Shown here: positions 14,262 through 28,599 of the stretch, piece by piece | Numbering within the stretch: the stretch's first letter is position 1 | Layout: every line of letters begins with the position of its first letter | Origin: Octopus vulgaris | Lineage: Eukaryota | Direction: 5' to 3' | Assembly: GCA_951406725.2 (NCBI GenBank) | Contig: OX597821.1 | Span: 4,960,001-5,024,000 of the forward strand | Length of the DNA: 64,000 nt | The notes under the pieces: generated by a model | Seen by the model: the letters and a program-made list of their open reading frames with translations, nothing else | Database searches by the model: none | Told to the model about the DNA's origin: nothing | Translations under genes and position numbers: made by a program

Positions 14262-14671
14262 CGTCATCATCCTCAACATCATTATCACCATCAACATCAT
14301 TAGCATTGTCATTGTTGTTGTTGTTCTTCTTCTTCTTCATGTTTTTGCTGTTGCTGTTTTATTTTTATTCGTATTATTTTGTGTGTGTGTGTGTGTGTTT
14401 ATGCATTTATGTGTAGCTGTATGTGTCGGCATTTTTTTTTCGTTTTTATTCTTTTATAAATTTATGAGTTCATTTTAAAAATGTAATTATATTCTAGAAT
14501 TTTCCAATATTGAAATGTCCAGTTTTGAATTATACAACTATGCAAATCTGTCGTCGACCATTAAAGGAGATTTCGACATTTGATTTGAACTTCTTCGGAA
14601 ATTCAATGTTCTAGCTGGAGGCAAAAATTAGTGACTGCCAAGAAATATAAGCTCTCAATTTTTGAAGAAGT

Positions 14672-14746
<75 letters not shown>

Positions 14747-15062
14747 TGCCACTTTGTTGTTGTTGTTGTTCTTGTTGCTGCTGTTGTTGTGATGGTGGGG
14801 TGATAGCTGTGTTATTAGTGATAGTAAATGATGGCGGTGAAAGCGTTGGCGCTGTTGTTGTTGGTAGTAGTAGTAACAGCAGCAGCAGTAGCAGCAGCAG
14901 CAGTAAGAGGAGGAGGAGGAGGAGGAGGAGGAGAAGGAGGAAGAGGGTGAGAAGAAGAACAAGAATAACAAGAAGAAGAAGAAGAATAACAAGAAGAATA
15001 AGAGGAAGAGGAAGAAGAAGAACAAGGAGTGGGAGAAGAAGAAGAAGAAGAAGAAGAAGAAG

Positions 15063-15094
<32 letters not shown>

Positions 15095-15110
15095 GGAGAA
15101 GGAGAAGAAG

Positions 15111-15142
<32 letters not shown>

Positions 15143-15145
15143 AAA
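13400..15145. repeat. Cluster of compound trinucleotide microsatellites (ATT/ATC/CCT/CTT/GTT/AGC/AAG)
   Basis: Direct reading; includes a duplicated (ATT)n-atcaacatcc-(CCT)n-(ATC)n unit at about 13440-13700. Confidence 0.9.
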
Positions 15146-15474
15146 CGCTTATAAGAAAACTGAATTATAAATGTTGGTAGCAGCAGATGTGGTGGATGGG
15201 TTTTTGTTGCAGTAGCTATGTACGCTTAGCAACGCCTGTAGACTTATAAGGTCCATAGTAATGGATGACTTTGAGGATTCAGTGCTTGTGAATTTTACTT
15301 CGCACTCAAGTTTCGATATATTTGATATTGCCCTATATTTTGTATCAAGAAACCACTAAGTCAAATGATATATTTCAATGTCCATATATTGCTAGGAAAT
15401 AATATATTTGGTCTAGGAACTAATAGTAGATGCTTCAGGCTTCATTCCAAACCGACAGATTGGTACTTTTAGAC

Positions 15475-15802
15475 CAGTGGGTTCTCAACCCCTTTTTACC
15501 TATGGACATATTTGATTAATATTTTTATGCTGGTAAACCTCCATAACTATTCGATGATTAAGACGAATTTTGCCGCTACGCCTTTTGCAGATACGCCTTT
15601 CAAAATGTTGTTAACCACACATTCACTTGTGAACGCTCAGACATGGTAACCATCAGGGAACATAACGAAGCTGTCTCTTGCAATAAGTACATGTAAATCA
15701 AACTATTTTACATGAACCCATCAAATACTACTGTTGACCCAATTATCTATTTTGCTTGTGTGGACCAAAGAAATTTTATATGGTCTCCAGTTGTGGACCA
15801 CA
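15475..15802. mobile_element. Decayed hAT-type MITE
   Basis: Starts cagtgggttctcaacc; degenerate opposite end gttgtggaccaca. Confidence 0.4.
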
Positions 15803-16677
15803 AAAATTTTAGACGATTGACAGTTGTCAAATTCGTTGGAAAATCAGGAATAACATCACCAAATGTTAAACATTGCAGCAGGGAAACGGGGAAAAATCAT
15901 ATTCTTTTGACACCATACCGTTCTAAAGTGCTGCAGATAGATATATGTACTGAAGTATATAATTGAGTACTTTTTTAACATAACAGGAATGGTCAGTGAT
16001 TCATACATCCCATTGGAATAAAAAATGCGCTTCTTCTAGATATTTAGAGAATCTCTGCCTCAACGATTGAATTTAGATTCTATAAATTTGAGTATATGTT
16101 CTAACATACTTTTAATACCAAAGTTCCACCTGTTCTGTAGAGTTTAGGACTTTTATGAAAGCAATCTTATTTCTGTTATCGATCGATATATTCCTTTAAA
16201 CAAAGAAAATGTTTTCGTAGAAAAATAGAGAATACGCCTAAATATGAACGCTTAATCAACTTATGTATATATTCAATTCATGATCTCATATCCATCACTG
16301 TACATATTTCATCTCAATACTTATGAGTTTTTGTATGTTTATTAATAGCACCCCAGACATGAGCAATTACCTCCCCTATTCCGAGTAAAATCATCTTCAC
16401 TTCCCTCCCCTTAGATTTCTCTGCTTGTTAATTCATTCACAAGCTTTCATACAAGGACATGGACTAATATCTCCTTATCAAAATAGAAATTTCAATAATT
16501 TCAATGTCATGATTTGCAAAAGCTAAACCGGTCGACAGCCACAATACTCGTTCATTCAAAATATATTAAAACTATGTAAACTCTGTGCATTTTCCCTCTT
16601 TTATTTTATAGAAATATTTTTTTTATATTACAACTCACCACGTGGGGATAATTGAAATTCTCACCCTCCTTTTTCTT

Positions 16678-16807
<130 letters not shown>

Positions 16808-17340
16808 CACATTAAGTTCAGGACATCACCAACGAGTGAAAATGCGTAAACACACGAGAGAAATGTACAGGATGAAATAACAAAGGAAGATAATTCGCTC
16901 ATCAGTTGTCGACTGTTTATTACTCTTTATTTCGTGGTTATATGTATGTATGTTTATTGGAAAGTGCAGATGTTTAACAAATAGAATTACATGATAAATA
17001 AAAGAATCCACAAATAATTAGACACACCGGCGGTTGTCGACAGAAAAAAAGAAGAATGTCACCACCTGAAATTAATTCTCCTTGTGGAAGCATATTCCTC
17101 GTACATACACACATACGTACATTCATATTACTTGCATACAAACATACTTATATAAGTACATATATGTATTTGTGTGTGTGCCTGTGTCTACGGAAATGAG
17201 ATGACAATCGAATAAACGACGTTCTAATGATCTTTGTTAGCTATCAGTTGTATCTGCTATACCATACGGTGCCCTCATATTTGAATGCCTGCGTAACGCC
17301 TTACAGAAGTGCAATTTATATGCGAAAACAGTTACGTTTA

Positions 17341-17383
<43 letters not shown>

Positions 17384-17436
17384 ATATATGTATATATGTA
17401 TATATATATATACATATATATATATACATATATGTA

Positions 17437-17502
<66 letters not shown>

Positions 17503-17506
<4 letters not shown>

Positions 17507-17805
17507 TCCCGGGTTGATACGGGGTTAACCACAGTAAGTAAGGTACTCAATACATAGCAGAGTAAAATTAATTTATTATATAGAAGGAGTTTACAGGACT
17601 AGTACTGTTTCATTCAAGAGAAATCTTCAGGAAGCTATTTAACAAGAATTGTATTAGCATTTATACATTTAGAGGAGTGGTGGTGGGGGACTTTTTTGGG
17701 GGTAGGCATAGCGCAAAATATCATACTTGGGGAGTGGTCAAGGTAATAAAAAAATAAAAAAATAAAAAGATAAAAAATAAAAATAAAAATAAAAAATAAA
17801 AAATA

Positions 17806-17845
<40 letters not shown>

Positions 17846-18066
17846 TTTTTTTATTTTTTTTTATTTTTTATCTTTTTATTTTTTTATTTTTTTATTACCT
17901 TGACCACTCCCCCAAGTATGATATTTTGCGCTATGCCTACCCCCAAAAAGTCCCCCACCACCACTCCTCTAAATGTATAAATGCTAATACAATTCTTGTT
18001 AAATAGCTTCCTGAAGATTTCTCTTGAATGAAACAGTACTAGTCCTGTAGAAGCTCCTTCTATATA

Positions 18067-18072
<6 letters not shown>
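17503..18072. mobile_element. Penelope-like inverted-repeat element with HHR-like motif in each arm
   Basis: Near-perfect inverted repeat 17571-18072 around an A/T-rich centre, a unique tail at 17503-17570, and (TA)n on both sides. Confidence 0.75.
18005..18055 (+). ncRNA. HHR-like motif (mirror copy on minus strand at about 17586-17636)
   Basis: agcttc CTGAAGA tttctcttgaat GAAA cagtactag TC ctgta gaagct; stem I interrupted by 5 nt. Confidence 0.45.
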
Positions 18073-18113
<41 letters not shown>

Positions 18114-18229
18114 CATATACATGTATATGTATATGTGTTTATTCGTATATACGTATATATTTATATTATGTCTACATATATACACATACACACACACACT
18201 ACACAAAGACACAAATACATGTAGGTATG

Positions 18230-18281
<52 letters not shown>

Positions 18282-18831
18282 GCATATATACATACATACA
18301 TGTACTTAAATATACTCTTTTTAATTATTATCTGTGTACCCGAACCCGATCGATAATTGTTACTCCCTATTATTAATAGGCGACAGTATACAATAGAAGA
18401 ATATATACGACGCACATCTTTTCGGAAATAGACTGACATGAGTGTGTTCGTTGATGTGTAATTGTTCCAAACCAGAATTAAAAACAGTCGGAGCCTCGTG
18501 TTCAGAGAAAACTACTTCAGCACAATAACACAATAACAGCACAATAACACACGCATGCAATATCTCTTTATTACATAGATACGCTAGATACGAAGGAAAA
18601 TAACATTCACCCATTATACCTACATGTCAATTTTTCAGGTTTTGGCTAAGTTACTGTCTACATTTAATTATATTTTTCCATTGGTTTGTTTGCGGATGCA
18701 TTTTTTTCATTTCTATTTGCCTTCAATATTTATATCCTCCGCCATTGAAGATGCTAATTCGTTTGCCCTTCCTCATTTTCTCTTATTCTCCGGCGACTTC
18801 GAGTCCTGATTATCATTGTTATTAAGGTTGT

Positions 18832-19035
18832 TAAGGTGGCGAATCGGTAGCATATCGTGCGAAATGCTTAGCGGTATTTCGTCTGCCGCTACGTTCTGAG
18901 TTCAAATTCTGCCGATGTCGACTTTGCCTTTCATCAATCGGGGTAGATTAAATAAGTACCAGTTACGCACTGGGGTCGATGTAATCGACTTAATCCATCT
19001 GTCTGTATATAATCGACTTCATCCATTTGTCTGTA
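18832..19035 (+). mobile_element. SINE family A copy
   Basis: gaaatgcttagcggtatttcgtctgcc..gagttcaaattct..taaataagtaccagttacgcactggggtcgat. Confidence 0.85.
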
Positions 19036-19275
19036 AAATCTGGGTGATTGTGACAATGATTGCTACAATGGCGACGCATGAAACTGTAGCAACAATTGGG
19101 AGAGATCACGGTGCGGTTGATGGTCAGGATAATCCGCGATCAGCGTTGATTCTCGTTGTTGTTGTTATTTTTATTATTAATATGATTATTATCATTATCA
19201 TCATAATCATTACAAACATCAACGCCATCATGATGACCATCACCAAGAGTGGTAGTAGAAGTAGTAGTGGTACTA

Positions 19276-19357
<82 letters not shown>

Positions 19358-19651
19358 CAGCAGCAGTCGTAGTAGTAGTAGCAGCAGCAGCAGCAGTCGT
19401 AGTAGTAGACGAAGACGACAGAAACATTAGGACGACTTACATTCGGACTGGAAATCTTACCGGGGTCAACTTTGCCTTTCATTCTTTCTGCCTGGAAACA
19501 ATTCAATACCTGTTGAGCAAAGCTATTAATTCCCCGAGATTTACTGGCCTAGTGACAACATTTAATGCCACCAACAGCACCACCACCATCATCCTCATCA
19601 TCATCATCATGATATTATTATTATTATCATCATCACCATCATTATTATTAT

Positions 19652-19682
<31 letters not shown>

Positions 19683-19685
19683 ATA

Positions 19686-19718
<33 letters not shown>

Positions 19719-20180
19719 ACTATTATTATTAATATTATCATTATTATTACTATTATTAGTATTATCATTATTATTACTATTATTATTAATATTATCATTA
19801 CTATTAATATTATTATTATTATTATTATTATCATTATTATCATTATTATTATTATTTACTTTTATAATTTGCTTTTTGAACAAATTATATCATTAATCAT
19901 TTTAGCACTGAAATAAGTTCACGACAACATAGATTACCCATCTTTCCAAACGATAACTATATGGTTATTAATTTCTCAATTTATGCTGAGAATTAACGTC
20001 ACGCGTTTTAGACGAAGTGCACCTCTAATGTGAAAATGTGTATTGAAGTGTAATAAATCACTACTAGACACATACACGGTAAAATACATGCGCCTGCAGA
20101 CCTTCTATATACATACGTACATACAAACGCATATATATATATATATGTACGTATATATATGTCTGCGTGTTGTTGTGTTC

Positions 20181-20260
<80 letters not shown>

Positions 20261-20611
20261 CGTGTGCATACACATACATACATATACGTATATTATATAA
20301 TATATGCTTAAGCGTATACATACATAAATTTATAAAAATTCATATATGTATATATGTGTAGATATATGTATATTCTTATGATTATACATGCATATATATG
20401 TGTGTGTGTGTGTGCGAGTGAGTGTGTGTGTCTTTGTGTATACACGTACATATATAAACACTTTTATGCATATATATATATATATAAACATATATATATA
20501 TATATACATATATATAAACATATATATATATATATATATATGCATGTATCTACATGTGCAGCTACTTACATATATACATGCATGTATATAAATGCATATG
20601 TATATATATAT

Positions 20612-20649
<38 letters not shown>

Positions 20650-21633
20650 GTTCATATGCATATATACCAAATAGATATGTTAGCAAGATGTCAAAACTTC
20701 CGCAATAAAAAACCAAGGAGAAGCAATATCATACAAAATATAAAAGAAAGAAAATAACCAAAAAATGGAAAAAAGCAAAAAAAAAGCAGGAAAGACATAA
20801 GAAAATATAACAGCAATGAATATGACAAGCTAACGACGCAGAACAAAATTAGTGTAAATGCTTGGTTGAAATTAAGTCTAGTGTGGTTAATTTTAAAGTC
20901 TCTTGGAGAGGAGAATACAGCGCAAGTCAGGAAATATGACGAAAACGTGTAACAGCTACATAATAAAATATAAAGTTAATAAATGCATAAAATATATTGA
21001 TAACCTCAAGACAAGATATTTTCTTATTTTCTTTTTTCAATTCACATTTATTTATTTATTTATTCATTTTTAAATATGTCATATTAAAAAAGGTCAAGAG
21101 ATTGGAAATTCTAATTGAGATAAATATGCTTAGGCATATACTTTTAGTGTTTTATTATCTCCCTTGCGTGGTACTCTCCATTTCCGTTTGTCTTCAGACA
21201 TGTTTTAAATTACGAAGAACAAGATGTAACATGGCTACGATGCAACCTTACTCTTGTACCCTTTCCACCATCCTTCGTAGCAACACTTCTTTTCTTGTAG
21301 TTCTTGTTCGTTTCAATTCATTTAATGTTTGCTTTATACGTCTTTCAACTTACTCCTGCTATCATGGTAGTTGTCGTTATACCTCCTTCCCTTGTCTTGT
21401 GCTTAGCAGTTTTGTAGCTTTTCTCTTTCTACATATTCGTTTTCTTTCCCCAGTTCTCTTTTCCTTCGTCTTATTTCTTTCATTTATAATCGTTATTTTT
21501 ATCTTAGCATCTTGGAAGAGTCTATCACTTCTTATCTTGTATCTTCCACGTTTAGATTTTACTTCCACTAAAAATATAGCGATTACTATTATTATTATTA
21601 TTGTTGTTGTTGTTGTTATTATTATTATTATTA

Positions 21634-21697
<64 letters not shown>

Positions 21698-21770
21698 CAT
21701 CATCATCATTTTTCTTGTCGTTGTTGTTGTTGTTAATATTATTATTATTATTATTAACATCATCACTATT

Positions 21771-21989
21771 GAGTGATAGAGTAGTGCATACCATCAAAGT
21801 GACACTGGGGTAAAATATACGAAGCCCAGTAAACACATCATGACTACCCGTCTGATAAGGGTACACCAGGCACTTGTATCACAACCATATGTGCACGACA
21901 TGGTGACCTCATATCAAGATAAACAGCACATGACCTTGCAGGTGGGGCCCAGTTAGAATTTTCTTCTGGTCGAGTAACCCATCCCGCTC
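21771..21989 (-). mobile_element. (AAT)n-associated 560-bp element, 5'-truncated copy
   Basis: Matches 22687-23236 and 23433-23993; ends against a Helentron-like element. Confidence 0.85.
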
Positions 21990-22333
21990 TACCGCCTTAG
22001 CGAAAGCAGAGGTATCGTTTTCAGTCGTGTTTGTTCGTTTGTTCGTCCGCGGACAAGATATCTCAAGAACTGCTGGATGGATTCGGATGAAACTTTCGGG
22101 AATGTTTGGCGTCGCGACTGGTACGGGATCGATCCGGTACCAGGTAAGGATTTTGGATCAGTTCCCCGTTTTTTTCTCAATTAATATTTGAGAGCGGTCG
22201 GGTCCAGTTTTAATAATCTCATTTGTGAGAGCAGTGGAGTTTATTTCAGATATTCTCATTTTAAAAATACTCTCCGACTAATCGTTGAGAAGATGTTGCT
22301 GTTGCTTTGATGGAAGTTTGTTCTCTCTGTGGG

Positions 22334-22340
<7 letters not shown>
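21990..22340 (+). mobile_element. Helentron-associated (HINE/DINE-like) non-autonomous element
   Basis: taccgccttagcgaaagcagaggtatcgttttc start, gtttgttcgtttgttcg repeat, ggatggattcggatgaaacttt core, ends in a T run. Recognised by pattern only. Confidence 0.55.
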
Positions 22341-22394
<54 letters not shown>

Positions 22395-22604
22395 CAGCGT
22401 TACAAACGAAATATTTTGCGGTATTTCGCCGTTCGCTTCGTTCTGAGTTCAATTCCGCCGAAGTCGACATTACCTAAATTCGCGGTCGATAAATAAAGTA
22501 TCATGTGAGCACTGATGTCGATATAACCGACACATCCCCTCCCTTCAAATTGTTGCCCTTCTACCAAAATTTAAATCCATTATTATTGTTATTATTATTA
22601 TTAA

Positions 22605-22658
<54 letters not shown>

Positions 22659-22686
22659 CATTATTATCATTATTATTATTACTATT

Positions 22687-23232
22687 GAGTGAGAGAGCAG
22701 TGCCTGCCATCAAAGTGACACTGGGGTAAAATATACGAAGCCCAGTATACTCATCATGACTACCTGTCTGATAAGGGTACATCAGGCATATGCATCACAA
22801 CCATGTGTGCATGACATGGTGATCTCATATCAAGATAAACAGCACATGACCTTGCAGGTGGGGCCCAGTTAGAATTTTCTTCTGGTCGAGTAACGCATCT
22901 CACTCAAAAGGTCCTTCAATAAGGGTTATTTAAGGATGTTGAACGAAACACCCATGTTTACAGAGTTGAATTATTCAAACCCCCTAAGAGTCCCTCTCAA
23001 CACATGGCTATGATACTCCCCCGCTCGAGATCAGAGATGCACATATCGTCAGCCACTAAGGGACATGATCAACTGGTTAAGGTCAAACAACTGACAAGCA
23101 GATTTATGGCATTGAGCAGAATATTTGCTGTAGCCCATCTTTTATACCAAGACAAAATGATGTACATGATAACACTTCCAAACATGTATCATCAGAAGCC
23201 ATGAGAGCCACTGCCTTGTACGGCATCAGGGC

Positions 23233-23236
<4 letters not shown>
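22687..23236 (-). mobile_element. (AAT)n-associated 560-bp element, near full length
   Basis: (ATT)n on both sides; colinear with 23433-23993. Confidence 0.9.
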
Positions 23237-23309
<73 letters not shown>

Positions 23310-23359
23310 CCATCATCATTATTATTATTATTATTGTTTTTATTATCATTATCATTTAC

Positions 23360-23410
<51 letters not shown>

Positions 23411-23432
23411 TACTACTACTATTATTATTATT

Positions 23433-23993
23433 GAGTGAGATAACAGCGCATGCCATCAAAGTGACACTGGGGTAAAATATACGAAGCCCAGTATACCCAT
23501 CATGACTACCCTTCTGATAAGGGTACACCAGGCACATGCATCACAACCATATGTGCGCGACTTGGTGATCTCATATCAAGATCAACAGCACATGACCTTG
23601 CGGGTGGGGCCCAGATAGAATTTTCTTCTGGCCGAGTAACCCATATCACTCAAAAGGTCCTTGAATAAGGGTTGTTTAAGGATGTTAAATAAAACACCCA
23701 TGTTTCCAGAGGTGAATTATTTAACCCCCAAAGAATCATCCCTCTCAACACATGGCTATGATGCGCCCCCACTATTTCTGCTCGTGATCAGAGATGCACA
23801 TATCGTCAGCCACTAAGGGACATGGTCAACTGGTTAAGGTCAAACAACTGACAAGCAAATCTGTGGTATTGAACAGAAGATTTGCTGTAGCCCATCTGTT
23901 ATACCAAGACAAAATAATGTACATGATTACACTTCCAATCAGTTAAGATCAGAAGCCATGAGAGCCACTGCCTGGTACTGCATCAGAGCATTT
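23433..23993 (-). mobile_element. (AAT)n-associated 560-bp element, full length
   Basis: (ATT)n on both sides; ends gagtgaga.. and ..gcatcagagcattt. Confidence 0.9.
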
Positions 23994-24030
23994 ATCATTA
24001 TTATTATTATTATTTTTATTATTATAATTA

Positions 24031-24112
<82 letters not shown>

Positions 24113-24445
24113 TACTACTATTACTATTACTATTATTATTATTATTATTATTACTACAATTTTTCTTATATTATTACGTATGCTATATGCATTGCCTATT
24201 TTCATCCTTTCCCAGGAATTATCATAATAATTGTATAACTAAGATTGTTTAAATAGTTTATCTCCTTAGTTACCTGATCTGTAGTATACAGGCGGTGGAG
24301 ACGGGCAAACATGTATTTCCATTTCTGTGATATAATAGGGAAATTACACCTACATCTTATTAAGAACAAGACACAATTAACATAGCTCGTGTTCATGTGT
24401 ATATGTATGCATATATATATATATATAATATATATATATATATAA

Positions 24446-24993
24446 CTAGCAGCTAAGCCCGGTTTCACCCGGTCTGTTTGGGTAATGTGGCTGTGATCGT
24501 TTTCGGTTAGACATAAGTGAATGAAAATTAAGTTCAGACCAGTATATGGTACATAGACCTGGTATAAATAGCAGCCAATTCTCCATCAAAACTCCCTACT
24601 GTCTTAATCCGACAATTTTGCCTATTATGTAGTTTCATTGAGAAACTAACTAAAGATTAAGATTATTAACTCCTCAAAGAGGTGAAAGAAGAGAGACAGT
24701 ATAGCGAAAGTTTTGGCTGACTAACATCTTGTTGCTAGCGAAATGGTATATGCCGGCTGTGTAAGCAATTGGTTGGTGTAATGGCAGAACAAACAGGGGA
24801 ATTCCATTAGAAAAGTTTTAATCCATTTTCTCAATAGGTATAGGGGCTAGGAAAAGATACAAACCGCATTCCAATCTATGCATCCTTCTCCACAAGTGTG
24901 CCATTTTTCACACGAATCCACCCAGCCGTTTGGCTGTAAACCTCAAGACAAGAAAGAATACAACGATTGCCCATGTCCAACTTATATTAGAGA
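24446..24993 (-). mobile_element. Non-autonomous Helitron
   Basis: Minus strand begins A|TC (tctctaatataag) and ends with a GC hairpin (ccgggtgaaaccgg) about 10 nt before CTAG|T; no TSD. Confidence 0.75.
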
Positions 24994-25201
24994 TATGTAT
25001 ATATATACATACATTATATATATATATATATATATACATATAGATAGAGTGACAGAGAGACAGAGAGCAGGAGGGATTGACATAAATAAATAGGTAGGTA
25101 GGTATGTAGGTATGTTGCTAGAAATGTACGTACGTACGTATATAGGCAAACACGTAGGTAGATAAAGGAATAGATAGATAGAAATGTAGACTGATAGATA
25201 G

Positions 25202-25232
<31 letters not shown>

Positions 25233-25401
25233 GGTAGATAGATAGTTAGACAGATAGAGAGAGAGATATATAAATAGCTTTTCAAAAGTAAAGCGACATA
25301 ATGATGTAATGGAGAAACTTATTCAAGCTGGCTCAATCTTCTAGAAAGAGTAACACACAAACACACCCAATCACGAAACATTGAGACATCAGATAATATT
25401 T

Positions 25402-25474
<73 letters not shown>

Positions 25475-26303
25475 TGCTCAGTAAAACGTTGCAACGGTCA
25501 CGCTTGGAATATTTACGTTCATAAGTCTGCTACAATATGCTTGAGTTCGGGCTCAAATCTAGTGACAACCTTAAGTGCAACAACAACTGATATAAAATTA
25601 TAAAGATAATTTAACATGTCAGGGAGATACATTTATTTCTGGGTCTGCTTAATTTATCATTATATTTCGCCTATTAATTATTCATAGTCTTTCTTCGTCC
25701 TCCATCCTTTCTTCAAGTAATTGCCATCGTAAACTCTGTCTTTTTTCCCCGTTTACAGACATCTTAATCACGTGATCACTGACATTATTTACTTCTACTT
25801 TCACTTTTATGATTTTCGTCGTTTTGTCTCTTTTCTTTCTTATTTTTTCTCCTTATTTTATTTTATTTTTATTTATTTTTTTTTTTTTGTAAATCACATA
25901 ATGATTAAGCTAATTTCTATATCCGAAATTTTGTGGTCCCCTCATCAATCTGTCAGTTTACAAACCCACCCAACTATGATTCCCATTAATAGCATCATCT
26001 TCTTTTTCTTCTTCTTCATCCTCCTCCTCCACTCCTTCTTCTTCGTCGCCATAATCTCTTCTATTTTCTCTTATGGTGCTCCGCATCCTATTTTTTCTCC
26101 ATCTTTGTCTTCTTTCGTTCCACCTCATCATCTTTCCCTCCCTTCCTCCTCCCCTTCATCTTACTTCTACGCCTACTCCTCATTCTCTATCTTCTCTTAC
26201 TCCCCCTCGTCTTCCTTCCCCCTCGTCATAATCATCTGTATCGCTTTCATTAATCATCGTGGTAATAAACATTATCATTACCAACAATACCATCAATTAC
26301 ATC

Positions 26304-26338
<35 letters not shown>

Positions 26339-27758
26339 AAACAACAACAACAGTGGTAGCACCAGTAGCAACAATGACAACAAAAGCAACAACGGTAGCG
26401 CAGCAGCAGCAGCAGCAGCAGTGACAACAACAACAAAAACAAATACAACAGCAACAACAACACGTGTCAATTATCATCACTTTTTGGACACCTATTACAA
26501 ATTCTAATATCGAAAATCCGTCGCCGCAGTCACAAAGACGTGTGTCACCGTTCAATACTACTACTACTACTACCACTGCCACCATAACCACAACTACTAC
26601 TACTACAACCACTGCCACCACAACTACAACTGCTGCTACAACTAACATAAACAACAAAAGCAACAAGCATGATCGTATCCACGTGCCTCTTCTAATTTCA
26701 TCAATAGCCTGGCACTGTTCCATGCGGTCCATATTCTTTGTCACAGCAAAGGATTGAGAGATTACATTCTCTCTTAAGAAAGAAATCAGTTTTATTAGCT
26801 TCTGGAAGATTTGTAGTGCAACGGTATATGTGGCGGCATGAAAATATTTAAAGAATGAACTGTGAGCACTTCCACATTATAATACACTACAATAGATCTA
26901 CAGGTAAGTGGGTAAACTGAAGTACTTCACCGAGTGAAGACCATACCTTGGAATGGCCCATGGCATAGCATAGGACCCGTTCCGCTAGCCTAAGAGGGAT
27001 AGGTTGATGTCATGGGACTAAAGAGATAGCTGAAGAGCTCATCTAAGCAGACAGTAATGTTATCATTACTGTCTCACGGTAATGTTATCAAAAAATGTCA
27101 GTCTTCACCATGAGATCACATCAAAATGTTATTCAGCATTTACCTTAGAAATAAATAAGGGGCGAAGTTATATGACATTTTTTCAAGACAGCTCTTTCTC
27201 TATATATTGATTGTTTCCGTAAAAGTGAGTATATACGATTAAATCGACCTCTGAGCTATCGGTTCTTTCATACATTCCACAATCGAAAGTGATAGAAGGG
27301 AGGGTTGACATCAACGAGATTTTACTCAGGATAGTTTCAGGGAATTCACAGAGTTTCTTACATTGAAGTTGAGCGGAGGATTCCTAGAAGATCAGCGGCC
27401 GTGATCACCATGCTCTATGAACACAGTAACCACAACACATCCATAGCGAAGGGGAATTTCGATGCTCAAAAGATTCACTATGACACAAGCTCACCATTCA
27501 AATTCATAACAATGGAATTGAATAGTGACCGAGAGTCGCGAGAATCCGCGAAAGAAACGAGAAGAAACAACTATTCTCCATTCTACACAAGATTCTAACC
27601 CTCTACATTATAGTGAGCATCTACATTATCCAAAGTAAAGCTGCTTACTGTACTCTACTTTCCATAATAAACTACCTGCTACCCAACCACCCCACATTAG
27701 GATACATTCCACATTTATCTGTTGTTCAATCAAGCCTTGCTCAATATTTTGGTAACAT

Positions 27759-28122
27759 GGTGCAGGAGTGGCTGTGTGGTAAGTAGCTTGCTTACCAACC
27801 TCATGGTGCCGGGTTCATTCCCACTGCGTGGCAACTTGGGCCGACCAAATCTTTGTGAGTGGATTTGGTAGACAGAAACTGAAAGAAGCCCGTCGTATAT
27901 ATGTATGTGTGTGTGTGTGTTTGTCCCTCCAACATCGCTTATCAACCGATGCTGGTGTGTTTACGTCCCCGTAACTTAGCGGTTCGGCAAAAAGACCGAT
28001 AGAATAAGTACTAGGCTTCCAAAGAATAAGTACTAAGGTCGATTTGCTCGACTAAAAGGCGGTGCTCCAGCATGGCCGCAGTGAAATGTCTGAAACAAGT
28101 AAAGAGTAAAAGAATAAAAGAG
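27759..28122 (+). mobile_element. SINE family B copy
   Basis: gcaggagtggctgtgtggtaag A box, gggttcattccc B box, A-rich tail aagagtaaaagaataaaag. Confidence 0.85.
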
Positions 28123-28344
28123 AAAATTAGGCGGCAAGCTAGAGTAATGGTTAGCACATCGGGTAAAAGTCTGAGTGGAATTTCATCCGTTTTTACTTTC
28201 AAATCCAACCAGACCGATATTGCTTTTCATCCATTTGGGGATCGATAAAATAGGTACCAGTTGAATACTGAGGTCAATGTAAACGACTTACCTCCTCCTT
28301 CAACTTGCTGGCATTGTGCCAAAAATTGAAATCAATACTTTGGT

Positions 28345-28560
28345 TATTCATCAAGTTAAAACAGAAGCAGTCTAGCTTTTAAAATAGTAGCAATCGTGTT
28401 GCACAGTTTGAAGCCACCTTTCTGCCAGTTCTCCCATCGGTAACCAGTTCTTGTCATTTCAAGCGATGTACTCTTTCACTGAAGTTTCTGCCGCTTCTTC
28501 AGGAGTGCAAAGAGCGTCTGAAGTGCAGGAAAAGAGCCATGATTAGAAACACCAAATAAT
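28345..28560 (-). pseudogene. Mariner transposase C-terminal fragment
   Basis: Minus strand translates ..SVKEYIA*NDKNW..ELAERWLQTVQHD.. Confidence 0.65.
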
Positions 28561-28599
28561 CCGAGCGAGGTATTTTTTTCCGCAATCCTATCCTGCATA

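Noticed and set aside
16880-16940. Minus-strand GAAA..GUC..CUGAUGA as a type II HHR
   Set aside because: Stems I and III do not pair.
20997-21776. 259-aa hydrophobic ORF
   Set aside because: T-rich low complexity plus (ATT)n, starts at TTG, no recognisable motif.
25772-26757. PolyQ/polyT/polyN ORFs resembling a transcription-factor exon
   Set aside because: Frames are explained by (CAA)/(CAG)/(CTA) repeats; no domain or clear splice structure.
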